From Bacteroidota bacterium (GTDB lineage: Bacteria > Bacteroidota > Ignavibacteria > Palsa-1295): a DNA stretch of 64,000 nucleotides. The stretch covers positions 58,740 through 122,739 of the forward strand of contig JAUZNX010000009.1 of the NCBI GenBank assembly GCA_030706745.1, given 5' to 3'. This document shows positions 20,215-31,345 of the stretch, piece after piece. Both the position numbers and the translations under genes were made by a program. The notes under the pieces were generated by a model. The model ran no database searches, had not been told where the DNA came from, and was given only the letters and a program-made list of their open reading frames with translations. Numbering within the stretch: the stretch's first letter is position 1; every line of letters begins with the position of its first letter.

Positions 20215-20619
20215 GTGGCAAAACAAGCACATATTTACATCGGTCGCCGGAAGAACGCGGTAGCGCGGGTCTTCCTCACTCCGGCCGTGAGCGGTCAGGA
20301 AGCGTTGATCAGCATCAATGGCCGCACGTTCGAGAATTTCTTCCCGAATTCGCTGCACCGCGATGACGTCGTTCGTCCGTTCAAGGTAACGAACACGTTC
20401 GGCAGCTTCAGCGTCCAGGCCAACGTCAATGGCGGCGGCACCACGGGACAGTCCGGCGCGGTGCGCCTGGCGATTGCCCGTGCGCTCTCGGAGATGAACG
20501 AAGAGAACAAGCCGCTCTTGCGCAAAGCCGACCTGATGACGCGCGATCCGCGTATGGTCGAGCGCAAAAAACCTGGCCAGCCGGGCGCACGGAAGAAATT
20601 CCAGTTCTCCAAGCGATAA
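20215..20619 (+). CDS. rpsI: 30S ribosomal protein S9
   Basis: GRRKNAVARV, GGGTTGQSGA, RDPRMVERKKPG...QFSKR. Confidence 0.98.
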   Translation: MAKQAHIYIGRRKNAVARVFLTPAVSGQEALISINGRTFENFFPNSLHRDDVVRPFKVTNTFGSFSVQANVNGGGTTGQSGAVRLAIARALSEMNEENKPLLRKADLMTRDPRMVERKKPGQPGARKKFQFSKR

Positions 20620-20625
20620 TTTTTC

Positions 20626-20687
20626 CATTGTAACCCTTGCGGTTACAATGTCCGGTAGGGGCTAATGGCATTAGCCCCTGTTGCCGG
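20626..20687. other. Two adjacent strong hairpins after rpsI
   Basis: CATTGTAACC/GGTTACAATG (10 bp, 20626-20650) and AGGGGCTAATG-G-CATTAGCCCCT (11 bp, 20657-20679). Confidence 0.6.
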
Positions 20688-20731
20688 TAAAGCGGGCTAA
20701 CGCCGTTAGACCCTACGATTTTCAAAACAGA

Positions 20732-20788
20732 TACGGACCCAGCCGGTCTGCCCGGTGTCCAGCAATGGATAGCAGATGTGGCTCCGTA
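20732..20788 (+). promoter_or_regulatory. Probable rpsB (S2) leader RNA structure
   Basis: Nested helix TACGGA/TCCGTA, GCC/GGC, TCTGC/GCAGA, TGTCCA-GCAA-TGGATA ending 22 nt before the rpsB ATG. Confidence 0.55.
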
Positions 20789-20810
20789 GAGATTATAACC
20801 AAACATTGAC

Positions 20811-21638
20811 ATGAGAATCAGTTTAGAAGACCTCCTCGCTTCAGGTGCGCATTTCGGTCACCTGACCCGCCGTTGGAATCCGAAGATGAAACCGTACATC
20901 TTCATGGAGCGCAACGGCATCCACATCATCGATCTTAAGAAGACGCAGGCACTCGCCGAAGAGGCGCTGGAAGCGGCTGAAAAGCTCGCGGCCGAAGGCA
21001 AGCGATTCCTCTTCGTCTCCACCAAGAAGCAGCTCCGCGTGATGGTCCGCGAGGAAGCCGAACGCTCAGGGCAGTTTTTCGCCACCGACCGCTGGTTAGG
21101 CGGCATGCTCACCAACTTCACGACGATCCGCAAGTCGCTCAAGCGCCTGAAGGATATCGAGAAGATGGAAGAAGAAGGCTCAATCGATAATTTCACCAAA
21201 CGCGAGCGTCTCGATTTCTCCCGCGAGAAAGAGAAGCTCACGAACACACTCGGCGGTATTGTCGAGATGCGTGGACTGCCTTCCGCCATGCTCATCATTG
21301 ACATCAAGAAGGAGCACATCGCTGTCGAGGAAGCACGCAAGCTCGGTATTCCGATTTTCGCGCTGGTCGATACGAACGTCGATCCCGACTTGGTCGATTA
21401 TCCGATTCCGGCCAATGACGATGCACTGAAGTCAGTGCAGATCTTCGTGCACGCGTTCGCTGATGCCATCAATAATGGCCGCGCAGCAGCCCGTGCGAAG
21501 AAGACGGATGAAAGCGTATCCAGCGAGTCACGCGAGGACCGCATTCCGATCGAGCGCCGTGGCCGCCGTATCGAACTCGAAGCTTCTGACTTCGAGATCA
21601 GCCCGGTGCAGCCGGTGCCTGCAACTGCAGCAGAGTAG
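20811..21638 (+). CDS. rpsB: 30S ribosomal protein S2
   Basis: [38 protein letters not shown]. Confidence 0.98.
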   Translation: MRISLEDLLASGAHFGHLTRRWNPKMKPYIFMERNGIHIIDLKKTQALAEEALEAAEKLAAEGKRFLFVSTKKQLRVMVREEAERSGQFFATDRWLGGMLTNFTTIRKSLKRLKDIEKMEEEGSIDNFTKRERLDFSREKEKLTNTLGGIVEMRGLPSAMLIIDIKKEHIAVEEARKLGIPIFALVDTNVDPDLVDYPIPANDDALKSVQIFVHAFADAINNGRAAARAKKTDESVSSESREDRIPIERRGRRIELEASDFEISPVQPVPATAAE

Positions 21639-21644
21639 ACCGAT

Positions 21645-21721
21645 GAGACTTATAGGGCCTATTAGACGTATAGGTCCTTTTGAGAATACACAATAGAACT
21701 TAGCACTCAGAACTCAGCACT
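21645..21721. repeat. Degenerate 9-mer (x4) and 7-mer (x4) tandem arrays
   Basis: gagacttat/agggcctat/tagacgtat/aggtccttt, then tagaact/tagcact/cagaact/cagcact. Confidence 0.7.
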
Positions 21722-21725
21722 CCCG

Positions 21726-22589
21726 ATGGCAATTTCTCCCGCACTCGTAAAGCACCTGCGCGATAAGACCGGCGCAGGTATGGCAGATTGTAAGAAGGCT
21801 CTCGAAGAAGCCAATGGCAACGAAGAGCAGGCGATTGAATTCTTGCGCAAACGTGGCGCGGCATCCGCGACCAAACGCGCCGATCGCGTGGCAAAAGAAG
21901 GTGTGATCGTCAGTGCTGTTGCCGGCGATAAGACCCGCGCCATCATGGCCGAAGTCAACTCTGAGACCGATTTTGTCGCGCGCAACGAGACGTTCATTCA
22001 GTTCGCACAAGAGATCGCGGATGCGGCACTCGCGGCGAACCCGAGTACGCACGAAGCGTTCTTGCTCTCGAAGCTTTCGAATGGCGCGACCATCGCCGAG
22101 GAAGTGGGCGCTCAAACCGGACGGTTGGGCGAGAAGCTCGAAGCGCGGCGCTTTGAGATGGTTTCTGAACCTTCGGGTTTCGTCACGAGCTACATTCATC
22201 CCGGCTCGAAGCTTGGCGTGCTCGTGGCCATAAGCGGCGCCAAGGATGGCACTGCCGCAGCGCTCGGACGTGACATTGCCATGCAAATTGCCGCGATGAA
22301 CCCGATGGCGCTCAAGCGCGATGATATCAAGACCGATCAAGTTGAGAAAGAGTTGGATATCTACCGCACGCAGGCCAAAAACGAAGGGAAGAAAGACGAG
22401 ATCATCGACCGTATCGCCAAGAACAAGCTGGAGAAATTCTATCAGGATAATTGCCTGCTCGAGCAGAGCTTCATCAAGGACGCCGCGAAGACGATCACCG
22501 ATCTACTCAAGGAAGCCGGCCAGGGCGTGACCGTCACGGGGTTCGTCCGCATGCAGCTTGGCGAGATGCATAAAGACGCTGCGGAGTAA
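21726..22589 (+). CDS. tsf: Elongation factor Ts
   Basis: VKHLRDKTGAGMADCKKAL, EVNSETDFVARN. Confidence 0.98.
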   Translation: MAISPALVKHLRDKTGAGMADCKKALEEANGNEEQAIEFLRKRGAASATKRADRVAKEGVIVSAVAGDKTRAIMAEVNSETDFVARNETFIQFAQEIADAALAANPSTHEAFLLSKLSNGATIAEEVGAQTGRLGEKLEARRFEMVSEPSGFVTSYIHPGSKLGVLVAISGAKDGTAAALGRDIAMQIAAMNPMALKRDDIKTDQVEKELDIYRTQAKNEGKKDEIIDRIAKNKLEKFYQDNCLLEQSFIKDAAKTITDLLKEAGQGVTVTGFVRMQLGEMHKDAAE

Positions 22590-24137
22590 TCACTCCCACT
22601 CGATCGTCGCCGGCGGTTTGGAGCTGATGTCATAAACGACGCGGCTGAGTCCTCGGACTTCGTTGGCGATACGGTTGGCGACATGCGCGAGGAACTCGTG
22701 CGGCAGGCGCGCCCAATCGGCCGTCATGCCATCGACTGAGGTGACGGCCCGCAGCGCGACAACTTTCTCATACGTCCGCTCGTCACCCATTACACCAACC
22801 GTTTGCACCGGAAGCAACACGGCAAACGCCTGCCAGGTCGATCCATATAAATCCTTAGAGCGGAGTTCTTCAATAAAGATCGCATCCGCCGAACGGAGCA
22901 GTTCGAGCTTCTCTCGCGTGATTTCGCCAATGACGCGTATCGAAAGTCCCGGTCCCGGGAATGGATGACGGTCGATGAAATGCTCCGGTATTCCGAGCGC
23001 CCGGCCCACGTTGCGGACCTCGTCCTTGAACAGCTCGCGCAACGGTTCGATTAGCTTCAGGTGCATCTTCTCCGGCAAGCCGCCCACATTGTGGTGCGAC
23101 TTGATCGTTGCCGATGGACCTTTAAACGATAGCGATTCGATCACGTCCGGATAGATCGTCCCTTGCACCAGGAATTTCGCATCGCGGAATTTCGTGGCTT
23201 CCCCGGCCAGTACATCGATAAATGCTTTGCCGATAATCTTGCGCTTATCCTCCGGCTCACTAATGCCGGCGAGACGGTCGAGAAAGAGATCGGACGCATC
23301 GTGAAAATCGAGATCGATGCCAAAGTGATCGCGAAACGTGTGGACGACTTCCGCACTCTCGCCGCGGCGCATGAGGCCGTTATCGACATGTATGCACTTA
23401 AGCTGGTTGCCAATGGCCCGATGCACCAGCACAGCCGCGACCGCTGAATCGACGCCGCCCGAAAGCGCGCAAATGACCGTATCATCGCCCACACGCGCTT
23501 TGATTTCAGCTACCGTGGACTCGATGAAATCCGCCGGATTCCACGTCGCTTCCAGGTGCGCGATCTCGAACAGGAAATTCGAAAGAATCTCCTTGCCAAA
23601 TTCCGTGTGTGCAACCTCGGGATGAAACTGAATCGCGACGATGGACTCGTCCGCGTTGGCAATGCCGGCGAATGGCGCATTCACGCTCCGCGCCGTGACA
23701 TGAAAGCCTGAAGGAATCTTGTCCAACTTGTCGCCGTGCGACATCCAAACGGTGGAGCGCTCGGGAATATCTTTGAAAAGCTTTGATGTCTTATCTTCGA
23801 CGGTGATCTCAGCTCGGCCATATTCCCGGTGCGCACCTTTCGAGACTTCACCGCCCATTTCGTGCGCGATGAGTTGCAGACCATAACAAAGGCCCAAGAT
23901 CGGCTTCCCCATCCGGAAGATTTCAGGCGTGGGCCTCGGTGCGTCCGGCGCATACACACTGAATGGGCTACCCGAAAGAATGATCGCGCGTGGATTCAGG
24001 GTGGCAATCTCTTCGAGCGGCGCATTACAGGGCAGGATTTCCGCATAGACGCCAAGCTCCCGGACACGCCGGGCGATCAGTTGCGTGTACTGTGAACCGA
24101 AATCGAGAATTAGAACGGAATCTCCGCTGTGGGCCAT
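22590..24137 (-). CDS. guaA: GMP synthase (glutamine-hydrolysing)
   Basis: [45 protein letters not shown]. Confidence 0.98.
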   Translation of the reverse strand: MAHSGDSVLILDFGSQYTQLIARRVRELGVYAEILPCNAPLEEIATLNPRAIILSGSPFSVYAPDAPRPTPEIFRMGKPILGLCYGLQLIAHEMGGEVSKGAHREYGRAEITVEDKTSKLFKDIPERSTVWMSHGDKLDKIPSGFHVTARSVNAPFAGIANADESIVAIQFHPEVAHTEFGKEILSNFLFEIAHLEATWNPADFIESTVAEIKARVGDDTVICALSGGVDSAVAAVLVHRAIGNQLKCIHVDNGLMRRGESAEVVHTFRDHFGIDLDFHDASDLFLDRLAGISEPEDKRKIIGKAFIDVLAGEATKFRDAKFLVQGTIYPDVIESLSFKGPSATIKSHHNVGGLPEKMHLKLIEPLRELFKDEVRNVGRALGIPEHFIDRHPFPGPGLSIRVIGEITREKLELLRSADAIFIEELRSKDLYGSTWQAFAVLLPVQTVGVMGDERTYEKVVALRAVTSVDGMTADWARLPHEFLAHVANRIANEVRGLSRVVYDISSKPPATIEWE

Positions 24138-24218
24138 GAGATAGTTGGCGAACTAATAGTGGCGTTTGGAAGGGACGGAGAACACAAGAGAATCGTGAGT
24201 AAATCCAATGAAAACACC

Positions 24219-24324
24219 GTCATTGCGTGGAGTGCGAAGCACGACGAAGCAATCCCAGGCACGAAGACCGAGTCTTTCTCGCAAATGAATGCTTCGTCAT
24301 CCCGTCGGGCTTCCTCGCAATGAC
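24219..24324. repeat. Palindromic REP/RPE-like element, copy 2
   Basis: GTCATTGCG...CGACGAAGCAATCCC...TGCTTCGTC...CCTCGCAATGAC. Confidence 0.8.
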
Positions 24325-24333
24325 ACCAGGAGA

Positions 24334-25638
24334 CTATGAATTCGCAGCTATCTCAGATACTGTAGCCCGTTGCGCTTCAATCGTCCGCTCGATGTCTGCG
24401 TTCGAATGCGCCGCCGACACAAACATTGCCTCGAATTGCGAAGGCGCAAGATAGATACCACGTTCGAGCATTGCGCGGAAATAGTTGCCGAATGCCGCAG
24501 TGTCCGATTTAAAAGCCTGATCGAAATTCGTCACCGGATTCGCGGTAAAGAACAGGCAGAGCATCGAGCCGACACGCGTCTGCGTCGCCGCAATGCCGGC
24601 CGATTGAAGATTGGCCATGAAGCCGTTAGCGAGTGCGGCAGACTTCTTCTCCAATTCGGGATATGGATTCTCCTGCTGCAAAATCCGGAGCGTGGCAAGT
24701 CCTGCCGCCATAGCAAGCGGATTACCGGAGAGCGTACCAGCTTGATAGACCGGACCACTTGGCGAGAGCGTCTCCATGATGTCACGCCGCCCACCAAAGG
24801 CACCGACGGGCAAACCGCCGCCGATGATCTTGCCGAGCGTAGTAAGATCGGGACGAATGCCATAGAGCGACTGCGCGCCGCCCAACGCGACGCGAAAGCC
24901 GGTCATCACTTCATCGAAGATCAGCACGATTTTTTCGCGATCACACAGAGCGCGAAGTCCTTTGAGAAAATGCTCACTGGCTGGGACGACACCCATGTTG
25001 CCGGCAATCGGCTCCACGATGATCGCTGCGATCGCGCTGGGATTCAGCGCGACGAGCATCTCGACACTGGCGAGATCGTTGTAGCGGGCATTCAACGTGT
25101 CCTGCGCGGTGCCCCGCGTGACGCCTGGCGAATCCGGACTCCCAAGCGTGAGCGCACCCGAGCCGGCTTTGATCAAAAATGAATCAGCGTGGCCATGATA
25201 GCAGCCTTCGAACTTGACGATCTTCTCACGGCCCGTAAACCCTCGCGCCAAGCGGACAGCGGACATGGTCGCTTCCGTGCCGCTCGAAACCAACCGGAGC
25301 ATCTCGATTGACGGCATCAGCTTTTTGACCAGCTCGGCCATTTCGATTTCGAGTTCAATCGGCGCGCCAAAGCTGGTTGCAATGCGAGCTTGCTTCTCGA
25401 TTGCTTCGACGACCTTGGGATGCGAATGCCCGAGAATCAGCGGACCCCATGAGCCGACATAGTCGATGTACTTGTTGTCATCGGCATCCCAGATATACGC
25501 GCCCTCACCGCGCGAGAGAAACAGCGGATCGCCGCCAACAGAGCGGAATGCCCGCACTGGCGAATTTACACCGCCGGGAATGGAGCGCTTAGCTCGTTCG
25601 AAAAGGGATTGGCTACGAGTAGTCGATTTCTGTTTCAT
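24334..25638 (-). CDS. hemL: Glutamate-1-semialdehyde 2,1-aminomutase
   Basis: [49 protein letters not shown]. Confidence 0.97.
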   Translation of the reverse strand: MKQKSTTRSQSLFERAKRSIPGGVNSPVRAFRSVGGDPLFLSRGEGAYIWDADDNKYIDYVGSWGPLILGHSHPKVVEAIEKQARIATSFGAPIELEIEMAELVKKLMPSIEMLRLVSSGTEATMSAVRLARGFTGREKIVKFEGCYHGHADSFLIKAGSGALTLGSPDSPGVTRGTAQDTLNARYNDLASVEMLVALNPSAIAAIIVEPIAGNMGVVPASEHFLKGLRALCDREKIVLIFDEVMTGFRVALGGAQSLYGIRPDLTTLGKIIGGGLPVGAFGGRRDIMETLSPSGPVYQAGTLSGNPLAMAAGLATLRILQQENPYPELEKKSAALANGFMANLQSAGIAATQTRVGSMLCLFFTANPVTNFDQAFKSDTAAFGNYFRAMLERGIYLAPSQFEAMFVSAAHSNADIERTIEAQRATVSEIAANS

Positions 25639-25661
25639 AGACTCTATAGATTCTATAAAAT

Positions 25662-26687
25662 CTATTTGCTCAGCACTTTTGCCGCCCGCAATGCGAAGTA
25701 GGTCAAGATAATCGAAGCCCCTGCACGCTTGATCGCAAGCAGCGATTCCATCATCACGCGCTCTTCGTCGATCCAGCCGTTGGCTCCGGCTGCAAGAATC
25801 ATGGAGTATTCACCACTCACCTGATACGCGGCAGTCGGCATCGCGAATTGCTCGCGAATGCGGCGGATAATATCCAGAGAGCTGATCGCAGGCTTGACCA
25901 TGATAATATCCGCGCCCTCTTCGATGTCGCGCTGAACGACACGGAGCGCTTCATCGGAATTCGCAACATCCATCTGGTGTGATCGGCGGTCGCCAAAGGT
26001 CGGGGTGCTTCCTGCCGCATCGCGGAACGGGCCGTAAAGGCCCGAGGCATATTTCGCCGAATAACTCATGATCGGCAGCGAGGTAAAGCCGCTTGCGTCC
26101 AGTGCCTCGCGGATGGCGCCGATGCGACCATCCATCATATCGCTCGGCGCGATGAGATCGCTGCCGGCCTCGGCATGACTGACGGCTTCGCGCACAAGCA
26201 GCTCAACGGTCTTATCGTTGACAATCTCGATGCGGCCATCGTGCGTTCGCTCGACCACACCGCAATGACCGTGCTCCGTGTACTCGCAGAGACACACATC
26301 GGTCGCGACGAGTAGCTCGGGAAAGCGACTCTTGATCTCGCGGACTGCTTCCTGAATCACGCCTCGATCGTTATAGGCTTCTGAGCCAAACTCATCCTTA
26401 TGCTCGGGAATGCCGAACAGGATCACACCACCCAGGTTTGCTTCGAGTGCGGACTCGCACTCGCGGAGGATGCCGTTGATACCAAGCTGATCGACACCCG
26501 GCATGGATTTGATCGGCTTGCGAAAATTCGCGTCGCCTTCAATGGCGAAGAGCGGCAAAATAAGATTGCGCGGCTCGAGCGAGGTCTCCCGGACCACGCG
26601 GCGGTGCATTTCCGTCATGCGCGTCCGCCGTGTCCGCGAGCGCGCGGTTACAAGTAAGTCTTCCTCTGAATGTTCGTGCGTATGCAT
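25662..26687 (-). CDS. hemB: Porphobilinogen synthase (Zn type)
   Basis: [37 protein letters not shown]. Confidence 0.97.
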   Translation of the reverse strand: MHTHEHSEEDLLVTARSRTRRTRMTEMHRRVVRETSLEPRNLILPLFAIEGDANFRKPIKSMPGVDQLGINGILRECESALEANLGGVILFGIPEHKDEFGSEAYNDRGVIQEAVREIKSRFPELLVATDVCLCEYTEHGHCGVVERTHDGRIEIVNDKTVELLVREAVSHAEAGSDLIAPSDMMDGRIGAIREALDASGFTSLPIMSYSAKYASGLYGPFRDAAGSTPTFGDRRSHQMDVANSDEALRVVQRDIEEGADIIMVKPAISSLDIIRRIREQFAMPTAAYQVSGEYSMILAAGANGWIDEERVMMESLLAIKRAGASIILTYFALRAAKVLSK

Positions 26688-26708
26688 ATTAATAAGCGAA
26701 TTCGGGCC

Positions 26709-28034
26709 TCAAACAAGGCTGGCGGCGAGTTCCGTTGCACTCTTGATGCAAGCGCCCATGGCAATGCCACCACGATAATTACCAACGAAATGCAGTCCAG
26801 GATTTGCGCTCTCGGCAGCGGAAATGGCATTCAATACCGAATCGTATCCAACGTTGTACTGCGGGATCGCGCGCTTCCAGAGCCTGGCATGTCGGAACAC
26901 GGGTGCGCCATTCGACTGGAAGAGCGCTCGCACTTCTCGCTCGGCATTTTGAAGGATCTGATCATGACTCCATCCCATGACTGCTCGGTTGCGAGCGCCG
27001 CCCGCCAACACGGTTAGCAAAACGTGTCCATCGGGCGCGCGGCCCGCAAAGTTCGAGGAAGAATAGATCGCGCCTAAAATACTGCGGCCTTCCTTGCTCG
27101 GAATCAGTCCGCCAAATCCTTCGATCTTCGTCAGGAATTGATCTTCGCGAAAGCCAAGATATGCGACGGCTATTGGAGGATAGTCAACTGCCGCCAGTTC
27201 GGCTGCCAGCGAGATCGCGATGGATTCGATGAGCGGTGCGGTGCTATGCGCCGGCAGTGCGAGAATGATATTCGGCGCCGTAAAGCTCTCGCTCGCGGAG
27301 CGGAGCGTGTAGCCAGTCGCACCATGAGTGAGAGTCAGCGCCTCTTTATGGAATTGTATGTCACCCGCAAGCTCTTCGCGAATCCGCTCGATCAGCTCGC
27401 CGAGGCCATTCGGAAATGAGATAATGCGCGGTTTCACCCGGTTCGGGTCTTTCTTGCGCATGAGCATGCCTCGAATCATCGAGCCATATTGCTGGTCGAG
27501 CTGCCAGAAGACCTTGAACGAATGCCGTACGCTGAGCTTTGTTGGATCACCAGCATAAATGCCAGTCACAAATGGATCGGCTGCTTGCTCATACAGTTCT
27601 CGCCCAAAGTGTCGCAGAAAATAGCTCTCGATGGTTTCGTCTCTTGCGGTGCATGGCGATGTAAATATCTCTCCCAACACGCGAAGCTTTCCACCGAATG
27701 AGAATAATGGCGTCGTGACTGCCTGAATCGGACCCACCGGCGCCTGCACCCACCGGCCATTGCGAAGAATGAACCGCTTCTTGGCATTCGGACTGGCTTC
27801 CACCGCTCTCGCTGTCAATCCAACTGATTCGATGAGATCCACCGTCTCCCGGTTTTCGATGCGCAGAGAATTCGGGCCGGACTCAAGCAAATATCCATTG
27901 ACCCGCTCGGTGAGAATCTTGCCGCCGGCGAGATTTGCTTCTTCGAGAACGAGAACGCTCGCGCCGCGCTGCTTCAACCGATAAGCACACGTAAGTCCGG
28001 TGATGCCGGCGCCAACGATGATATAGTCAGGCAT
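26709..28034 (-). CDS. hemY: Protoporphyrinogen oxidase, HemY-type flavoprotein
   Basis: GAGITGL, E.GPNS, GIYAGD, IPQY.VG, GNYRGG. Confidence 0.92.
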   Translation of the reverse strand: MPDYIIVGAGITGLTCAYRLKQRGASVLVLEEANLAGGKILTERVNGYLLESGPNSLRIENRETVDLIESVGLTARAVEASPNAKKRFILRNGRWVQAPVGPIQAVTTPLFSFGGKLRVLGEIFTSPCTARDETIESYFLRHFGRELYEQAADPFVTGIYAGDPTKLSVRHSFKVFWQLDQQYGSMIRGMLMRKKDPNRVKPRIISFPNGLGELIERIREELAGDIQFHKEALTLTHGATGYTLRSASESFTAPNIILALPAHSTAPLIESIAISLAAELAAVDYPPIAVAYLGFREDQFLTKIEGFGGLIPSKEGRSILGAIYSSSNFAGRAPDGHVLLTVLAGGARNRAVMGWSHDQILQNAEREVRALFQSNGAPVFRHARLWKRAIPQYNVGYDSVLNAISAAESANPGLHFVGNYRGGIAMGACIKSATELAASLV

Positions 28035-28123
28035 TGTCGGAACAAGGATTTGCGGAGATTATGGGGATGAGCAAGATGAGTCAACATTTCTTCGATCAAT
28101 TCCAATCTCTTCGACCTCTTAAA

Positions 28124-28154
28124 TCTATAGCGTGTGGGCGGCACACGCTATAGA
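28124..28154. other. 13-bp perfect hairpin in a divergent intergenic region
   Basis: TCTATAGCGTGTG-GGCGG-CACACGCTATAGA. Confidence 0.65.
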
Positions 28155-28222
28155 GGAATCATTTGTGTCGCGACGTCCTTACTCATCTGATTTATTCCAT
28201 TCCTCCCACGAATTCGTAAGCT

Positions 28223-28717
28223 ATGTTTAACAAACTCGGCAACACTTATTCATTCCTCCTCACACTGATCCTGCTAACCGTTTCGGTCTCAAGTTGCGAT
28301 AATCGCCGAGCGGGAGAGATTCGCGCCGCGCGCAATTTCGCTGGATCTGTCGTGCGTAACGACATCGCGGCACGAGATTCGATGATCGCGACAGCGAAGT
28401 TGCAAGCGGCGTTTGCAAACGACTCCATCGGAGGCCATTTGCGGCAATGGTTCGGGACGTTCTGCGATAGCCTTGGAAACCGCACTAATTCCGACGAATG
28501 GAGATTGGATGCCGACCGTGACTTGCGGACAGCGCTCAACGGAGCTCTGATCGATACCGCTGAAATCGAGGAAACGGGCACAGTCAGGGTGAGTAACGGC
28601 CTCATCTTCGAAAATCCCAGCAGTGAACCGTTCTTTTGGATGGTCCGCCAACGTGGCAAACCCTGGCGAGTCGCCTTTGTAACAATGGGCGACACGACCA
28701 TGGATTTTCGGCAGTGA
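28223..28717 (+). CDS. Hypothetical lipoprotein
   Basis: Hydrophobic N-terminus ending VSSC; no family recognised. Confidence 0.6.
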   Translation: MFNKLGNTYSFLLTLILLTVSVSSCDNRRAGEIRAARNFAGSVVRNDIAARDSMIATAKLQAAFANDSIGGHLRQWFGTFCDSLGNRTNSDEWRLDADRDLRTALNGALIDTAEIEETGTVRVSNGLIFENPSSEPFFWMVRQRGKPWRVAFVTMGDTTMDFRQ

Positions 28718-28722
28718 CCGAA

Positions 28723-29481
28723 TTAGCTTAGCATCAGCCGCACTTCATCTGCCACGCCGGGTGCGCAGCTTGCGAGATGTCCGCCATCGATGCGTCGCGC
28801 CCCACTAAAATCGAAATACTCGCCACCGGCTTCCGAAACGATCACGCCGAGCGGCGCGCTGTCCCAAATCGCCATGCGTGCATCGAGCATCGCTTCGGCG
28901 CGGCCAGTCGCAACGAGAATGTGCCCGTAGCAATCGCCCCATCCGCGGTAGATACCGAATGTGCGGGTGATCGCGTCATACTTGGCGCGTCCGATCAGTT
29001 CTTCGAGGCGTCTGGGGCTTGTCGTGCAAAGAAGAGAATGGGACAAATGGGACTGATGCGACGCATGGGCCAGATTCCCATTCCAGTAGCAGCCTTCGCC
29101 AACGCCAGCCGAGACGGTTTCACCAAGCGCGGGAAGATGCACGATGCCATGCGTGACTTCACCCGATTGCTCCAGCGCGATCAACACACCATAGATCGGC
29201 ACGCCATGCACGAAGCTCTTCGTGCCATCGAGCGGATCGAGGATCCACCGGCGTGCCGAGTTCGAGCCCTGTTCGCCAAATTCCTCGCCAAGAATGACAT
29301 CGTTTGGAAAATGCTCGCGAATCCGCGCACGCAGATATTCTTCCGATTCACGATCGGCGCGCGTCACGGGGCTGGCGTCGCCTTTCGTGATGATCTCAAG
29401 ATCGGGCTGGCGGAAATACTTTAGAGTGATCTCGCCCGCGCCACGCGCGATGTCTTCCAGGAAGAGGCGTAGGTCCATCAT
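28723..29481 (-). CDS. hisN: Inositol monophosphatase-family histidinol-phosphatase
   Basis: GEEFG, WILDPLDGTKSF, GWGDCYG, WDSAP; start overlaps the hemH stop. Confidence 0.85.
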   Translation of the reverse strand: MMDLRLFLEDIARGAGEITLKYFRQPDLEIITKGDASPVTRADRESEEYLRARIREHFPNDVILGEEFGEQGSNSARRWILDPLDGTKSFVHGVPIYGVLIALEQSGEVTHGIVHLPALGETVSAGVGEGCYWNGNLAHASHQSHLSHSLLCTTSPRRLEELIGRAKYDAITRTFGIYRGWGDCYGHILVATGRAEAMLDARMAIWDSAPLGVIVSEAGGEYFDFSGARRIDGGHLASCAPGVADEVRLMLS

Positions 29482-30476
29482 TCGTGTCTCAGTGCTTCGA
29501 TTTCTTTCAGGGCCACATCCGCCAGGCATTCGATGAAGAGCGGATGTGCGTTCAACCCTTTCATCACGCGGTAGTTCGTGATGCCAGATGCTTCGGCGGT
29601 CTTGCGCTCTTCGATGTCAAGTTCGTGCAGGGTCTCGATGTGATCGCTCACGAACGCAATCGGTATAACAAGCATGTCCGTGACACCTCGAGCGCCCAAC
29701 TTGATAAGCATGTCATGCGTCGAAGGTTTGAGCCATCGTTTCGGGCCCACCTTGCTCTGAAACGAGAGCAAGTACTCGTGGTCGTGCCCACGCATATCCA
29801 TGACCAACTCCATCGTCTCACGGATTTGAGCCGAATAGGGATCGCCACGCTTCACCATGTCGAGGGGTGTGCCGTGCGCGGAAAAGAGCAGCAGTACATC
29901 TTTCGGATTCGGAAATTGCGCAAGCCCCTCCTCGATCCGAGTGTTGATCGCTTCGAGATACTTCTCATTCTTATAATATTCGCGAACGCGGCGCTCACGG
30001 AACGCAGCATGTTGTCGCGCCAACTCGCGGTCCCACTCGTTGAAGCTCGAACCAGCGTTTGCCACAGCGTATTGGGCATAGAGCGGAAGAAGAATCACCT
30101 CCTGAACCCCATCATGCACAAGTGCGGACATTGTATCGGCCGTGAATGGCTTCCAATACCGACCGGCAAGACGCACCGTGACACCGAGACTTGCGTGCTT
30201 CGCATCGAAGTATTGCTGCAACGCGCGGACCTGCTCCTCCGTCCGCTCAACGATCGGTGACTTTCCTCCAATCTCCGCGTACTTCTCCCGAACTGATGGA
30301 GCACGTCGCTTGGAGATTTGTTGCGCGACAAACGTCTGGAATTTCGCGCCGAAGGGCAGCTCGAAAATATCCGGGTCGCTAAAAAGATTTAGGAGAAACG
30401 GCTCGACAGCTTCGAGCGAATCGGGTCCGCCGAATTGAAGGAGAACGATAGCGATCTTGCTGCGTGATTCAGTCAT
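29478..30476 (-). CDS. hemH: Ferrochelatase
   Basis: LLQFGGP, GGKSP, LLPLYAQY, FSAHG, FQSKVG...WLKP, FVSDHIETL.ELD. Confidence 0.97.
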   Translation of the reverse strand: MTESRSKIAIVLLQFGGPDSLEAVEPFLLNLFSDPDIFELPFGAKFQTFVAQQISKRRAPSVREKYAEIGGKSPIVERTEEQVRALQQYFDAKHASLGVTVRLAGRYWKPFTADTMSALVHDGVQEVILLPLYAQYAVANAGSSFNEWDRELARQHAAFRERRVREYYKNEKYLEAINTRIEEGLAQFPNPKDVLLLFSAHGTPLDMVKRGDPYSAQIRETMELVMDMRGHDHEYLLSFQSKVGPKRWLKPSTHDMLIKLGARGVTDMLVIPIAFVSDHIETLHELDIEERKTAEASGITNYRVMKGLNAHPLFIECLADVALKEIEALRHE

Positions 30477-30478
30477 GT

Positions 30479-31333
30479 TTACTGACTTTGTTGCCTGCCC
30501 AAATGTTTTTGGGCTTGCACGATCATGTCATCGAACGCATTGGCCCCAATCTGATAGGGGTACTTCTCGTAAACGGCATTGTCTTCGTTGATCGTGAGTC
30601 CGTTCTTGATATCGTCTCGTCCCTCTATCATCAATGCAAGCGGAGGGTTCGTTGGATCGAGGGCCATCATGCAGCGGACTTTGTAGTACTTCGCGTCTGC
30701 AAAATGTGGATATGACTCGATCGCGCGGTCGAAGGATAATACAGCGGCGCCATAGCGCTGCTCTTCATACTGTGCTATGCCGATATAGAACATGTGCATG
30801 TAATGGACCCAGTCCTTACCGGCTTCACCATCATGCCTGATGCAGGTTGAGAAGAGCGATTCTGCACTATCGTACTGGCAGAGCTGTAGATAGGATAGCC
30901 CGAGATAGAAGTTGTACTCATGGTCCATCACTCCCGCAGTGGGACGCTGCCGTTGTGCGGCCCGAAAGTCCTGGATTGCCTCGCGATATTGCTTCGAAAA
31001 GATACACTTGATGAAGGCCCGATAGTCGAGCCACATCATGGAATCGTACTTGACCGCACTATCGAGGTACGGCATTCCGACCTCGTACTTCATTTGCTTG
31101 AAGTAGGGCATCGCGCGCTGCTGCCAGAGATAGGCATCGTCGTGCGAGAGCGCAATGGCGCTATCGATATACATTGCTCGTTCTCTCGAAAACAGTGGAT
31201 GCAGCCAAGCTCCGTGATCCAGAAATCGCTCTCGCACGGAATCGCGGTGTGTTGGTGGCTGGCTGTTGTTCGTTTGCGCGGATGCGCAGATGCTCAAAAC
31301 GGTTAGTACGACGAGTAGACCGAGTGATTTCAT
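30479..31333 (-). CDS. Secreted TPR-repeat protein
   Basis: Signal peptide; several TPR-like helical pairs (YNFYLGLSY, FYIGIAQY, AKYYKVRC). Confidence 0.75.
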   Translation of the reverse strand: MKSLGLLVVLTVLSICASAQTNNSQPPTHRDSVRERFLDHGAWLHPLFSRERAMYIDSAIALSHDDAYLWQQRAMPYFKQMKYEVGMPYLDSAVKYDSMMWLDYRAFIKCIFSKQYREAIQDFRAAQRQRPTAGVMDHEYNFYLGLSYLQLCQYDSAESLFSTCIRHDGEAGKDWVHYMHMFYIGIAQYEEQRYGAAVLSFDRAIESYPHFADAKYYKVRCMMALDPTNPPLALMIEGRDDIKNGLTINEDNAVYEKYPYQIGANAFDDMIVQAQKHLGRQQSQ

Positions 31334-31345
31334 GCGATCGACAAG

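Noticed and set aside
21714-22340. 208-aa antisense ORF (also 24370-25182, 29484-30260, 28777-29424, 50280-51125, 15498-16205)
   Set aside because: Shadow frames opposite well-supported genes, expected with GC-rich codon bias; no motifs
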